Origin: Candidatus Latescibacterota bacterium
Lineage (GTDB): Bacteria; Latescibacterota; UBA2968; UBA8231
DNA: 64,000 bases
Direction of reading: 5' to 3'
NCBI GenBank assembly: GCA_964291625.2
Contig: OZ220089.1
Coordinates: 2,848,001-2,912,000 of the forward strand
The notes under the pieces were generated by a model. It was not told where the DNA came from and did not search any database. It saw only the letters and a program-made list of their open reading frames with translations. The stretch's first letter is position 1. Each line of letters opens with the position of its first letter. The position numbers and the translations under genes were made by a program. This document shows positions 34,273 to 44,949 of this stretch, piece after piece.

Positions 34273-35114
34273 AGCGTCCTCCGGGGGCCCGGCCCCGGCC
34301 GCGCAAGCGCTTCGGCCAGCACTTCCTGATGGACGCCGAGGCGCGGGCGGCGATCGCCGATCTGGTGCGTCCGGCGCCCGACGACCTCGTCCTCGAGATC
34401 GGCCCGGGCAGGGGAGCGATCACCGCCCCCCTGCTGGACCGGCTGGACCGTCTCGCGGCGGTGGAGATCGATCGGCGCCTCGCCGGCCAGTTGCGGTCCC
34501 GGTTTCCAGACCCGCCCCTTCGCCTCATCGAGGGGGACATCCTTCACCTCGACCTGGCGGCGCTCCCCGGCGAGGAAGGCCGGCGCAACCTCTTCGTCGT
34601 CGGCAACCTGCCGTACGACATCACCGCTCCCGTCCTCTTCCGGCTCCGGGAGCATGCCGGCCTGGTTCGCCGCGCCGTCCTCACCCTCCAGAAGGAGGTC
34701 GCCGAGCGGCTGGTGGCGGCCCCGGGGTCACGCCGATACGGCCGCCTCACGGTGATGCTGAACCAGTGCGCCCGTATCGACCTGGCGCGGCTGATCCCAC
34801 CCACCGCCTTCCGCCCCGTACCCCGGGTCGAATCCGCCGTGGTCGACATCGAGTTCCTGCCCGGCCGCGTTTCCGTGGTCGACATGGGGCGCTTCGAGCA
34901 GATCGTCAAGGCCGCCTTCGCCCAGCGCCGGAAGATGCTCCGCAATGCCCTGGCCGCCCTGCCCTCTCCCGGGCCCGAGGGCGGAGCGGTCGCCCCCGGC
35001 AGGCTGGCGGACCTGGCCGGGCGCGCCCGGATCGACCTGACGAGGCGCGCCGAGAACCTGAGCGTTCACGACTACGCCCGCCTCACCGGGGTGTGGGCCG
35101 AGGCGGCGGCGTGA
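34269..35114 (+). CDS. rsmA: 16S rRNA m6,2A dimethyltransferase RsmA/KsgA
   Basis: KRFGQHFL, VLEIGPGRG, VEIDRRL, GNLPY, QKEVAERL, FAQRRKMLRN. Confidence 0.96.
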   Translation: MKRPPGARPRPRKRFGQHFLMDAEARAAIADLVRPAPDDLVLEIGPGRGAITAPLLDRLDRLAAVEIDRRLAGQLRSRFPDPPLRLIEGDILHLDLAALPGEEGRRNLFVVGNLPYDITAPVLFRLREHAGLVRRAVLTLQKEVAERLVAAPGSRRYGRLTVMLNQCARIDLARLIPPTAFRPVPRVESAVVDIEFLPGRVSVVDMGRFEQIVKAAFAQRRKMLRNALAALPSPGPEGGAVAPGRLADLAGRARIDLTRRAENLSVHDYARLTGVWAEAAA

Positions 35115-37015
35115 GACCCCTCCTGATCGCCGTCCTCGTCGTGGCGGCCGCGCCCCCGGAGGGCTGGGGCCAGAGCTACTCCCTGAGGTTCAGCGGGACA
35201 GGCGACCGAATGGTCTGGACGCCGACCTTTCCCGGATGGCGCTTCTCCACCCCCGTGACCCTGGCGGCGGCGGGGGATACCACCGCCCAGCTGAGCATGA
35301 ACGCCTCGGCGTCGTTGACCTCGCAACTCGACCGCCGCGGCCACGTCTGGCAGGAGTCGGCCGGTATCCGCACCTCTGTGACCTACCCGATCCTCGGCCC
35401 CAGGGCGTCCATCGGAATCAACGCCAGCATGCGGAGCCGGAACGCCGGTCTGCAGCGCCAGCGCACGCGCAGCCAGTCGATCGGGTTCCGTTTCGGTTAC
35501 CAGCCCCTGGCGGGGAGCGAAGGGGCCTTCCGGAACCTGCGCTTCAACGTCGTCCCGGGGGTGATCTCCGCCAGGCGCGCCAGTCCCGTGAATCCGGACA
35601 GCCTCATCGAGGAGTCGGGGCTCCAGTACACGGGTTCGATGAATACGTCCCCGGGCTTCGAGGTGGGGGGCCGCAAGCTCACCACGAACCTCTCCCTGAG
35701 CAAGACGGACAACACCCTCGAGATCAACAAGAGCCGCAGCGAGAGCCTGCGCATGAGCGCTGCCTACACCCTCCCGGGGGATGCGCGCACCAGCCTCTCC
35801 CTGGGCGAGAGCCGTTCCCAGCGCGGCGTCTCCCGGCCCGTCTTCGATGGCTCGAAGGCCTCCGTGGCGGCGGAGCGGTCCGAGCGCCGCAGCACCAGCC
35901 TGTCCTCGTCCCTGTCCTTCAAGCTCTTCGGCTTTGACATGAGGGGGAACCAGAGCTGGTCGAAGGGACTGAACACCAACACCGCCAATGCCGAGGAAGG
36001 CGAGGGGAACCGCTTCTTTGCGAGGGACCGGAAAAACGAGAAGTGGACCTTCGGCGGCAACGCCAGCGGCCGGCTGAGCGAATCCCTCGTGGGCAGCCTG
36101 AAGCTGGGCTGGTCCACCAACGACGAGAGGCGCCTGCCGGTGACTCTCTCCACGGGGGCCACCTACCGGGATCCCACGGACGACCGCGAGAACCAGAACC
36201 TGGACCTCGGCGGATCCCTCAAATGGCAGCTGGATCAGGACCACACGATCAACCTCTCCGCGTCGACTCGCATGAACCGGTTCGACAACCCGGGCAAACC
36301 GGACCAGGATCGGGACGTCTTCAACCGCCACCTCTCCCTCACACTGGGAGGTGCACGCCCGAGCGGTCTGCGCTACAACAGCTCCCTGTCGTCCAGCCTC
36401 TCCCACCGGATCAACCTCCACGCTTCCAGGGCCGGCGACAACCAGCGCAACCTCAATCTCCAGCTCTCCCTGCGCACGAACTACGAACGCCACGAACTGG
36501 GAGTCAGCCACAGCTTTCAAATATCCGCACGGCGCACTATCTTCGACTTCGATCGCCAGTTGAGCCCCGACGCCGTCGACCGGCGCAGCAAGATCAACCG
36601 CAGTTGGGGCATGACTCACAAGATCCAGCGGTCCTTGCTCAATTCCCTGAGCCTCAGCACCAACTACTCCTACAGGGCCGATGATCTCGGCACGCTGTTG
36701 ACGGAGGAGGACGCCCAGATCGTCGAGGGGGAGAACAGCGACCACGCGGCGGGGTTCAACATGAGCTATCGCCCGGCCGAAGGAGTCTCCTTGACCATGA
36801 GCTACTCGGTCCGGCTCCGACGCCAGTGGAAGGTCCTCTACGGACGCGACGAGGTCGAACGGGATCTCTTCGCCCGCCACCCCCACGAGACCTTGAGGCT
36901 CCTCCTCAACTACAAGCCGGCCGGACAGACCGGTCTGACCTCGTCCTTCAGCCGCTCGAGGCAGCGCAGCGGCACCTTCGACAGGATGAACCTCACCCTC
37001 ACCCGTTCGTTCTGA
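35111..37015 (+). CDS. Hypothetical outer-membrane beta-barrel protein
   Basis: Signal peptide; many amphipathic Ser/Thr/Asn-rich alternating strands; C-terminal MNLTLTRSF ending in Phe (beta-signal-like); overlaps the rsmA stop. Confidence 0.7.
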   Translation: MRPLLIAVLVVAAAPPEGWGQSYSLRFSGTGDRMVWTPTFPGWRFSTPVTLAAAGDTTAQLSMNASASLTSQLDRRGHVWQESAGIRTSVTYPILGPRASIGINASMRSRNAGLQRQRTRSQSIGFRFGYQPLAGSEGAFRNLRFNVVPGVISARRASPVNPDSLIEESGLQYTGSMNTSPGFEVGGRKLTTNLSLSKTDNTLEINKSRSESLRMSAAYTLPGDARTSLSLGESRSQRGVSRPVFDGSKASVAAERSERRSTSLSSSLSFKLFGFDMRGNQSWSKGLNTNTANAEEGEGNRFFARDRKNEKWTFGGNASGRLSESLVGSLKLGWSTNDERRLPVTLSTGATYRDPTDDRENQNLDLGGSLKWQLDQDHTINLSASTRMNRFDNPGKPDQDRDVFNRHLSLTLGGARPSGLRYNSSLSSSLSHRINLHASRAGDNQRNLNLQLSLRTNYERHELGVSHSFQISARRTIFDFDRQLSPDAVDRRSKINRSWGMTHKIQRSLLNSLSLSTNYSYRADDLGTLLTEEDAQIVEGENSDHAAGFNMSYRPAEGVSLTMSYSVRLRRQWKVLYGRDEVERDLFARHPHETLRLLLNYKPAGQTGLTSSFSRSRQRSGTFDRMNLTLTRSF

Positions 37016-37053
37016 CCGGCGGCGCCGGTGCGGCGCCGTGCAGGAGCCCTTTC

Positions 37054-37977
37054 ATGCCCCCCATGCCGAAGTCCGAGCAGATCTGGTTCAACGGCGAGTT
37101 CGTTCCCTGGGACGAGGCCCGCACCCACGTCCTGTCCCACGTGGTGCACTACGGCTCCTCCGTCTTCGAGGGGATCCGCTGCTATGCCACGAAGAAGGGG
37201 CCGGCGGTCTTCCGCCTGAAGGACCACGTGACCCGGCTCTTCGATTCGGCCCGGATCTACCGCATGGAGATCCCCTTCGACCGCGGCCAGGTCGCCGAGG
37301 CGATCCTGGAGACGATCCGGGTCAACCGGCTCGAGGCCTGCTACATCCGGCCCATCGCCTTCCGCGGTTACGGATCCCTCGGCGTCGATCCCCTCTCCTG
37401 CCCGGTGGACACGGTGATCGCCGTCTGGGAATGGGGGGAGTACCTCGGCGAGGAGGCCCTGGAGCAGGGGGTTTCGGTGTGCACTTCGTCGTGGAACCGC
37501 TCGGCGCCCAACACCATGCCGAACCTGGCCAAGGCCGGGGGGAACTACCTCAACTCCCAGCTCGTGCGCATGGAGGCCAATGCCAACGGTTACGACGAGG
37601 GCATCGTCCTCGGCCCCGACGGCCTGGTGAGCGAGGGCAGCGGCGAGAACGTCTTCCTCGTGAAGGACGGCGGCATCCACACCCCCGCGTCCCACCATTC
37701 GATCCTGCCCGGCATCACCCGGCACTCGGCCATCACCCTGGCCCGGGACCTGGGCATGGAGGTCCAGTCCGGCGCCATCCCGCGCGAGCTCCTCTACATC
37801 GCCGACGAGGTGTTCTTCACGGGGACGGCGGCGGAGATCTCCCCTGTGCGCGCCATCGACAAGATCCCCATCGGCTCGGGCCGGCGGGGTCCGGTCACCG
37901 AGCGCCTGCAGACCTTGTTCTTCCAGACCATCAACGCCGAGGTGGAGGATCGCCACGGCTGGCTCACCTTCGTCTGA
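37054..37977 (+). CDS. ilvE: Branched-chain amino acid aminotransferase
   Basis: [22 protein letters not shown] (PLP Lys), EGSGEN, ILPGITR, TGTAAE. Confidence 0.96.
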   Translation: MPPMPKSEQIWFNGEFVPWDEARTHVLSHVVHYGSSVFEGIRCYATKKGPAVFRLKDHVTRLFDSARIYRMEIPFDRGQVAEAILETIRVNRLEACYIRPIAFRGYGSLGVDPLSCPVDTVIAVWEWGEYLGEEALEQGVSVCTSSWNRSAPNTMPNLAKAGGNYLNSQLVRMEANANGYDEGIVLGPDGLVSEGSGENVFLVKDGGIHTPASHHSILPGITRHSAITLARDLGMEVQSGAIPRELLYIADEVFFTGTAAEISPVRAIDKIPIGSGRRGPVTERLQTLFFQTINAEVEDRHGWLTFV

Positions 37978-37989
37978 CAGAGGTTTCCC

Positions 37990-39003
37990 ATGCGATTCTC
38001 CCTCGCTCTGTGCGCCGCCGCCCTGCTCGCCTGCCTCCCGGCCCTGACGGGGTGCCAGAGCTCGCTCACGGCCGGCAAGCTCTACATCCAGCAGGAGCAG
38101 TACGACAAGGCCCGGGTCCAGCTCGAGCTCGCCGTGGCCGAGAAGCCCGGCAACGCCGAGGGGTTCTTCCATCTCGGAAGGGTCTGCGGATTGCAGGGCG
38201 ACTATCCGGCCATGGCCGACGCCTTCGACCGGGCCCAGGAGCTGGAGGACGAGTTCGACGAGGAGATCGCCGCCGAGAGGCGGCGCTACGGGGCGCGGAT
38301 CTACAACGAAGGGGTTGTCGCCGCCTCCGGGGAAACTCCCGACCTGGAGGCCGCCCGCGGGCACTTCGCCCTCGCCGTGCGGGTCCTGCCCGATGAGCTG
38401 ATGGCCTGGCGCAACCTCGCCGTCATCGACTATCAGCTCGGCGATCTCGATGGCGCCGTGACCGGCTTCGAGCACGTCGTCTCGCAGGCGCCCGACGACA
38501 CGTCGACGTACCGCATGCTGGGCACCTTGTACCTCAGTCGGCAGAGCTACGACGAGGCGGCCCGCTGCTTCGAGGAGGTGCTGAAGCACGGCGAGCATCA
38601 GGGCGCCCTCGCGCATCTGGCCATGGTCCACATGGACCAGGACCGGCCGGCGGAGGCGGGGGAGCTGCTGCAGCGCGCCCTGGCCCTGAATCCGGACTGC
38701 TTCGATTGCCACTTCACCCTGGGCAACCTGCACTGGGCCGGCGAGGAATTCGCGGTCGCCCGCCGACACTTCGAGCGCGCCGTGGCACTCGACGACGGCA
38801 ACGCCGATGCCCGCTTCAACCTCGCCGTGACCTACCTGGCCCTGGAGGAGCTGGATCTCGCCCTTCCGCTGCTGGAGCGGCTTTCCGTCGAGCTGCCGGA
38901 GAATCCCGCAGTGTGGCGTGAGCTGGGCCGCATCTACGCCTTGAGGTCCCGCATCCAGGAGAGCGAGGCCGCGTACGAAAGGGCTGAAGCCCTGGGCGAG
39001 TAG
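37990..39003 (+). CDS. Tetratricopeptide-repeat lipoprotein
   Basis: Lipobox LTGC after the signal peptide; multiple TPR-like helical repeats. Confidence 0.85.
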   Translation: MRFSLALCAAALLACLPALTGCQSSLTAGKLYIQQEQYDKARVQLELAVAEKPGNAEGFFHLGRVCGLQGDYPAMADAFDRAQELEDEFDEEIAAERRRYGARIYNEGVVAASGETPDLEAARGHFALAVRVLPDELMAWRNLAVIDYQLGDLDGAVTGFEHVVSQAPDDTSTYRMLGTLYLSRQSYDEAARCFEEVLKHGEHQGALAHLAMVHMDQDRPAEAGELLQRALALNPDCFDCHFTLGNLHWAGEEFAVARRHFERAVALDDGNADARFNLAVTYLALEELDLALPLLERLSVELPENPAVWRELGRIYALRSRIQESEAAYERAEALGE

Positions 39004-39012
39004 CGTCGCCGA

Positions 39013-40067
39013 ATGCCCGTCTCGCGCGCCCACGCCCTGCGCCAGTACGTCCTCCGGCGCCTGCTCCTGATCCTGCCCACCCTGCTGGGCATCACCTTCC
39101 TCGTCTTCCTCCTGTGCCAGTTCGTGCCGGGCGGTCCCATCGACCAGATGCGGATGCGCATCGCCGGGGCCGATCAGGCCGGCGAGGCCGGGGCCGCGGC
39201 CGGGGTCCGCTTCTCCTCCATCGAGATCCCCGAGGCGGACCTGGAGAGCCTGCGGCGGTACTACGGCTTCGACCGTCCCCTGCTGGTGCGCTACGGCCTC
39301 TACCTGGCGAACCTGGCCACCCTCGATCTGGGCGATTCCTTCCGCTACACCATGCCGGTGGAGGACCTCATCGTCAGCCGCATGCCCATCTCCATCTACT
39401 TCGGCGGCATCGCCTTCCTCCTGACCTATTCGATCTGCATCCCCCTCGGGATCCTCAAGGCCCTGCGACACAAGAGTCCCTTCGACAACCTCACCTCCTT
39501 CGTCATCTTCCTCGGGTACGCCATCCCGGGGTACGCCTGGGGGCCGTGCTGCTCGCCCTCTTCGCCGTGCAGCGGGACTGGTTCCCCCTGGCCGGATTCG
39601 AGAGCCAGGGCTTCGCCGACCTGAGCCTCCCGGGCAAGATCCTGGACCGACTGCACCACACGGCCCTTCCCGTCCTCTGCTTCGCCATCAGCCTCTTCGC
39701 CTTCATGACCATCCTCATGAAGAACAGCCTGCTGGAGAACATGGGCGCCGACTACGTCAAGACCGCCCTCGCCAAGGGCATGACCTGGAGGCGCTCGGTC
39801 TTCGTCCACGCCCTGCGCAACTCGCTCATCCCCATCGCCACCAGCTTCGGCAACAACATCTCCCTCATCCTCGCCGGCTCCCTGCTCATCGAGCGGGTCT
39901 TCGGGATCCCCGGCATGGGGCTGCTGTTCTTCGAGGCCATCACGGCCCGCGACTACCCGGTGGTCATGGGCTACATCTTCATCTCCTCGGCCCTGCTGCT
40001 GGTGGGCAACCTCCTCAGCGACCTGTGCGTGGCCTGGGTCGATCCGCGCGTGAGGTTCGGCGAGTGA
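39013..40067 (+). CDS. Peptide ABC transporter permease (YejB/OppB-like), split by a 1-nt frameshift near 39535-39543
   Basis: N-half YVLRRLLLILPTLLGI..PGGPID..DLGDSF in frame 39013; C-half LGAVLL..DYVKTALAKG..HALRN..DPRVRF in another frame. Confidence 0.85.
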
Positions 40068-41125
40068 TCCCGCGCCTCGACCCGATCACCCGCCTGCGCC
40101 TGCGCCGCTTCCGCCGCATCCGCCGCGGCTACGTCTCCTTCCTGATCCTGCTGGGCCTCACCGTCCTGTCCCTGCTCTCCAACTACGTCGCCAACCGGCG
40201 GGCCATCGTCGTCCACTACCAGGGGGAGTACTACTTCCCCACCTTCCGCTTCCACGACATGGCCACCTTCGGCCAGCAGGACGAGTACGGCTTCGACGAC
40301 GTGGAGGCCGACTACGCGGCCCTGCGGGCGCGGTTCCAGGAGGCCGGCGGCGGCGACTGGGTGTGGATGCCGGTCGTCCCCTTCGACCCGTACGAGCCCG
40401 ACTTCAGCTATGACGATCCGCCGCCCAACCCTCCGGACTCCCGGCACTGGTTCGGCACCGACTCCCAGGGCCGGGACGTCTTCGCCCGGCTCCTCTACGG
40501 TTTCCGGATCTCCATCCTCTTCGCCGTGACCCTGGTTTTCACCAGTCAGGCGGCGGGCACCGCCATCGGCGCCCTGCAGGGCTTCGTGGGGGGCCGCTTC
40601 GACATCCTCAGCCAGCGCTTCATCGAGATCTGGTCGACCCTGCCCTTCCTCTACGTGGTCATCCTCCTGGCCACCTTCTTCAAGCCCACCTTCGGGCTGC
40701 TGCTGGTGATCATGGCCCTCTTCGAGTGGATCCGCATGACCTACTACATGCGCACCGAGGTGTACCGCGAGAAGACGCGCGACTACTGCCTGGCGGCGCG
40801 CTCCTTCGGCGCCTCGCGATGGCGCCTGATCTTCCGCCACCTGCTGCCGAACTGCCTGACGCCCCTGGTGACGATCACGCCCTTCGCCATCGTCGGCGCC
40901 ATCAGCGCTCTCACCGCTTTGGACTATCTCGGGTACGGCCTGCCGGCGCCCACTCCGAGCTGGGGCGAGATGATCGATCAGGCTCTCGACAGCCAGAACC
41001 GGGACAAGATCTGGCTCTCCGTGGCGCCCTTCTCCGCCCTCTCCGTCACCCTCGTGCTTGTCACCCTCGTGGGCGAGTCGATCCGCGAGGCCTTCGACCC
41101 CAAGCAGTACGCCCATTACCGATAG
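40064..41125 (+). CDS. Peptide ABC transporter permease (YejE/OppC-like)
   Basis: RRFRRIRRGYVS, HWFGTDSQGRDVFARLLYGFR, AARSFGAS..RHLLPN, PSWGEM, REAFDPK. Confidence 0.92.
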   Translation: MIPRLDPITRLRLRRFRRIRRGYVSFLILLGLTVLSLLSNYVANRRAIVVHYQGEYYFPTFRFHDMATFGQQDEYGFDDVEADYAALRARFQEAGGGDWVWMPVVPFDPYEPDFSYDDPPPNPPDSRHWFGTDSQGRDVFARLLYGFRISILFAVTLVFTSQAAGTAIGALQGFVGGRFDILSQRFIEIWSTLPFLYVVILLATFFKPTFGLLLVIMALFEWIRMTYYMRTEVYREKTRDYCLAARSFGASRWRLIFRHLLPNCLTPLVTITPFAIVGAISALTALDYLGYGLPAPTPSWGEMIDQALDSQNRDKIWLSVAPFSALSVTLVLVTLVGESIREAFDPKQYAHYR

Positions 41126-41139
41126 ACGAAAGGACCCCC

Positions 41140-42960
41140 ATGGGGAGCCGCTTCCCTCTCATCATTTTCCTGCTGCTCACCCTGGGCGCCCGCAGCGGCG
41201 CCGAGGACCTCTCCGCCATCGAGTGGGAGACCAACACCGATGACCCGCCCATCGGCGATCCCGCCGCCCGCAAGGGGGGCGAGTTCCGCACCTTCATGAC
41301 CGCCTATCCCCTGACCCTGCGCCTCGTCGGTCCCAACGCCAACGACGCCTTCGCCGCCTGGAAGCGGGCCGTCACCATGGCCTTCACCATGGTCAGCCGC
41401 CACCCGACGACGGACCGCCACATCCCGGTCATGGCCACCCACTGGTCGGTGCAGGAGGACGGGCGCACCATCTACTACAAGCTCGATCCCGACGCCCGCT
41501 GGAGCGACGGCCAGCCGGTGACGGCCGAGGACTACGTGCACACCTGGCGCATGATGCGCAGCGAGCACATCGTCGATCCCTTCTTCAACCAGTACGCCGA
41601 GGACTACTTCGAGGAGGTCGTCGCCCTCGAGCCCCACGTGCTGAGGATCGTGGGAAAGTTCGAGAGCTGGCGCCCCCTGGACATGTTCGATCTCTGGGCG
41701 ACCCCGAGGCACGCCGTCACCCTCGGGGAGGGGTTCCCCGACCGCTACAACGACGCCGTCCTGCCCGTGCAGGGCGCCTACGTGCTCACCGAGCGCGTGC
41801 CGGGGCAGTACGTCGTCTTCGAGCGTCTGAAGGACTGGTGGGGCCGGGACAAGCACTACATGCAGGGCATGTACAACGTCGACCGCATCCACGTGCGCGT
41901 CATCGACGACACGGACCGCGCCTTCGACTTCTTCAAGAAGGGAGAGCTCGACTACTACAGCGTGAACACGGCCCGCATGTGGGCCGAGGAGATGGACTTC
42001 GAGGCCTTGCGGCAGGGCTGGGCCCACCGCAAGCGGCTCTTCGTCGACTATCCCCAGGGGGTGTACGGCTTCGCCATGAACCTCGAGCGGCCGATCTTCC
42101 GGAACCAGGATTTCCGCAAGGCGATCCAGTACCTCTTCAACTTCGACGAGATCAACTCCAAGCTGATGCACGACGCCTACTTCCGGCAGGTCTCGGCCTT
42201 CACCGGCACCGAGTACCAGAACCGGGACCTGGTGCCGTACGGCTTCGACCCGCGCAAGGCGCGCGAGCACCTGAAGGCGGCGGGATTCACCCGCCGGGGC
42301 GAGGACGGCATCCTCGTCGACGGCGAGGGCACCCGCGCCGCCTTCACCCTCTCCTACGGCAGCAAGGGGCTGGAGCGGCACATGACCGTCGTCAAGCAGA
42401 CCTTCCAGCGCTTCGGCGTCGACATGGCGCTGCGCCTGCTGGAGCCCGGCACCGCCTTCCGCAACGGGCTGGAGCGCGAGTACGAGATGACCATCATGGG
42501 GCGCACGGCCGGCCTCTACCCGAGCCCCCATCAGTACTTCTCCACCGTCTTCAAGGAGTCGAAGAACAACAACAACGTCTGGGCCTTCGGGACCGCCTAC
42601 ACCGACTCCCTCATCGACGTCTACCGCTTCGATACCGACAAGGAGCGCCGCCTGGCGGCGATGCACGAGCTCGACGCCATCGTCCAGGACGAGGCCTTCT
42701 ACGTGCCCTTCTGGCATGCCCCCTTCATGCGGTTCCTGCACTGGGACCACCTGCGCTTCCCGGAGTTCTACTTCCCCAAGCGCACCCAGCAGATGACGGA
42801 CTGGCAGGTCTTCTGGGTCGACGAGGACCGCCAGGCAGGGCTGCGGGAGGCGATGGCCGAGGGCCGTTCCCTCGGCGCGGACCCGGTCGTCGACATCGAC
42901 CCCTACCGGGTGAAGGACCGCATCGAGGCAGCCCTGCGCGCCGCGGCGCCGCCGGAGTAG
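41140..42960 (+). CDS. Peptide ABC transporter substrate-binding protein (family 5, YejA-like)
   Basis: Signal peptide, PAARKGG, ARWSDGQPVTAED, RKAIQYLFNFD, DPRKAREHLKAAG. Confidence 0.9.
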   Translation: MGSRFPLIIFLLLTLGARSGAEDLSAIEWETNTDDPPIGDPAARKGGEFRTFMTAYPLTLRLVGPNANDAFAAWKRAVTMAFTMVSRHPTTDRHIPVMATHWSVQEDGRTIYYKLDPDARWSDGQPVTAEDYVHTWRMMRSEHIVDPFFNQYAEDYFEEVVALEPHVLRIVGKFESWRPLDMFDLWATPRHAVTLGEGFPDRYNDAVLPVQGAYVLTERVPGQYVVFERLKDWWGRDKHYMQGMYNVDRIHVRVIDDTDRAFDFFKKGELDYYSVNTARMWAEEMDFEALRQGWAHRKRLFVDYPQGVYGFAMNLERPIFRNQDFRKAIQYLFNFDEINSKLMHDAYFRQVSAFTGTEYQNRDLVPYGFDPRKAREHLKAAGFTRRGEDGILVDGEGTRAAFTLSYGSKGLERHMTVVKQTFQRFGVDMALRLLEPGTAFRNGLEREYEMTIMGRTAGLYPSPHQYFSTVFKESKNNNNVWAFGTAYTDSLIDVYRFDTDKERRLAAMHELDAIVQDEAFYVPFWHAPFMRFLHWDHLRFPEFYFPKRTQQMTDWQVFWVDEDRQAGLREAMAEGRSLGADPVVDIDPYRVKDRIEAALRAAAPPE

Positions 42961-42977
42961 GCCGGAGCGCTCCCGAC

Positions 42978-43952
42978 ATGGCGCTCCTGCGAGTCGAGGA
43001 TCTGCGCACCGTCTTCCGCACGGAGGACGGCGTCGTGCAGGCGGTGGACGGCGTCTCCTTCGAGGTGCGCGCCGGCTCCACCGTGGGGATCGTCGGCGAG
43101 TCGGGCTGCGGCAAGAGCGTCAGCGCCATGTCGGTCATGCGCCTGATCCCCGACCCTCCCGGGCGCATCGAGGACGGACGGGTCCTGTGGAAGGGAAGGG
43201 ATCTGCTGGCCGTCGACGCCGACGAGATGCCGGGGATCCGCGGCCGGGAGATCGCCATGATCTTCCAGGACCCCATGACCTCCCTCAACCCGGTCTTCAC
43301 CGTGCGCCGGCAGCTCGGGGAAGTTCTGGAGAAGCGCTTCGGCCTGGAGGGGGAGGCCGCCGGCGCGCGCATGGTGGAGATGCTGCGGCGCGTGGGGATC
43401 GCCGACGCGGAGAGCCGGCTGGACCAGTACCCCCACGAGCTCAGCGGCGGCATGAAGCAGCGCATCATGATCGCCATGGCCCTCATGTGCGAGCCGGACC
43501 TGCTCATCGCCGACGAGCCCACCACCGCCCTCGACGTGACCGTGCAGGCCCAGATCCTGCACCTGATGAAGCAGCTGCAGAGGGAGCTGGGCACGGCGAT
43601 CCTGCTCATCACCCACGACATGGGGGTCGTGGCCGAGACCTGCGACGAGGTGGTGGTCATGTACGCCGGCAAGGTGGTCGAGCGCTGCGGCGTCATCGAG
43701 CTTTTCGAGGGCAGCCGCCACCCCTATACGCGGGGCCTCCTCGACAGCATCCTGCGTCCGGGCCGGCCCCGGGGCGCCGGCGTGCCCACCATCGAGGGGG
43801 TCGTGCCCTCCCTCCTCGATCCGCCGCCAGGATGCCGCTTCGCCGACCGCTGCCCCCGCGCCGAGGAGCTCTGCCGCCGCGAGGACCCGCCCCTGGAACC
43901 GGTCGCCGACGGCCACCTGGCCGCCTGCCACTATCCCCTGGAGGCGGTGTGA
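42978..43952 (+). CDS. Peptide ABC transporter ATP-binding protein (OppD/DppD)
   Basis: GESGCGKS, IFQDPMTSLNP, LSGGMKQR, ADEPTTALD, C-terminal GCRFADRC. Confidence 0.94.
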   Translation: MALLRVEDLRTVFRTEDGVVQAVDGVSFEVRAGSTVGIVGESGCGKSVSAMSVMRLIPDPPGRIEDGRVLWKGRDLLAVDADEMPGIRGREIAMIFQDPMTSLNPVFTVRRQLGEVLEKRFGLEGEAAGARMVEMLRRVGIADAESRLDQYPHELSGGMKQRIMIAMALMCEPDLLIADEPTTALDVTVQAQILHLMKQLQRELGTAILLITHDMGVVAETCDEVVVMYAGKVVERCGVIELFEGSRHPYTRGLLDSILRPGRPRGAGVPTIEGVVPSLLDPPPGCRFADRCPRAEELCRREDPPLEPVADGHLAACHYPLEAV

Positions 43953-44926
43953 GCGCCCCCGTCGTCGAGGTCCGCGGCCTGCGCAAGCACTACCCGGTGG
44001 GCGGCGGTCTCTTCGGGCGCCGGAGGCAGAGCCTGAAGGCCGTGGACGGCGTCTCCTTCGACCTGCCGGCGGGCCGGACCCTGGGGCTGGTCGGTGAGTC
44101 CGGCTGCGGCAAGTCCACCCTGGGGCGGACCATGATGCGGCTCGAAGATCCGACGGCGGGCGCCGTCCGCTTCGAGGGGCGCGACCTGGCGCAGGCCACG
44201 GCGAAGGAGCTGTTCGCCCTGCGGCGCGACATGCAGATGATCTTCCAGGACCCCTATTCCTCGCTCAACCCGAGGCTGTCGGTGGGCGAGACCGTGCGCG
44301 AGCCCCTCGACGTGCACGCCCTGGGGACGCGGGCCGAGCGGCGCGAGCAGGTCGACGGTCTCCTCGAGGCCGTGGGTCTCGACCCGGCCGTGCAGGACCG
44401 CTATCCCCACGAGTTCTCCGGCGGCCAGCGCCAGCGCATCGGCATCGCCCGCAGCCTCGCCCTGGGGCCGAAGGTCATCGTCGCCGACGAGCCGGTCTCC
44501 GCCCTCGACGTCTCGGTGCAGGGGCAGGTGCTCAACCTCCTGGTGCGCTTCCAGCAGGAGCGCGGCCTCGCCTACCTGCTCATCTCCCACGACCTGTCGG
44601 TGGTGGAGTACCTCAGCCACCGGGTGGCGGTCATGTACCTCGGGCGCCTCGTGGAGTTCGGCTCCCGGGAGGAGGTGTTCTCGCGGCCGGCCCATCCCTA
44701 CACGCGGGCCCTGCTGGAGGCAGTACCCGTCGCCGACCCCCGCCGCCGCCGCGAGCGCGAGCCCCTCCTGGGGGAGACGCCGAGCGCGGTGAACCCGCCC
44801 GCGGGGTGCGCCTTCCACCCCCGGTGCCCCTTCGCCGTCGACGCCTGCCGGGGGCAGGTCCCGGAGCTGGAGCCCGTCGGCGACGGCGGCCACACCGCCG
44901 CCTGCATCCGCAAGGACGAGATCTGA
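43949..44926 (+). CDS. Peptide ABC transporter ATP-binding protein (OppF/DppF)
   Basis: GESGCGKST, FQDPYSSLNPR, FSGGQRQR, HPYTRALL, GCAFHPRCP. Confidence 0.94.
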   Translation: MSAPVVEVRGLRKHYPVGGGLFGRRRQSLKAVDGVSFDLPAGRTLGLVGESGCGKSTLGRTMMRLEDPTAGAVRFEGRDLAQATAKELFALRRDMQMIFQDPYSSLNPRLSVGETVREPLDVHALGTRAERREQVDGLLEAVGLDPAVQDRYPHEFSGGQRQRIGIARSLALGPKVIVADEPVSALDVSVQGQVLNLLVRFQQERGLAYLLISHDLSVVEYLSHRVAVMYLGRLVEFGSREEVFSRPAHPYTRALLEAVPVADPRRRREREPLLGETPSAVNPPAGCAFHPRCPFAVDACRGQVPELEPVGDGGHTAACIRKDEI

Positions 44927-44949
44927 AGGACGCGGCGCCCGCCGCGCTC

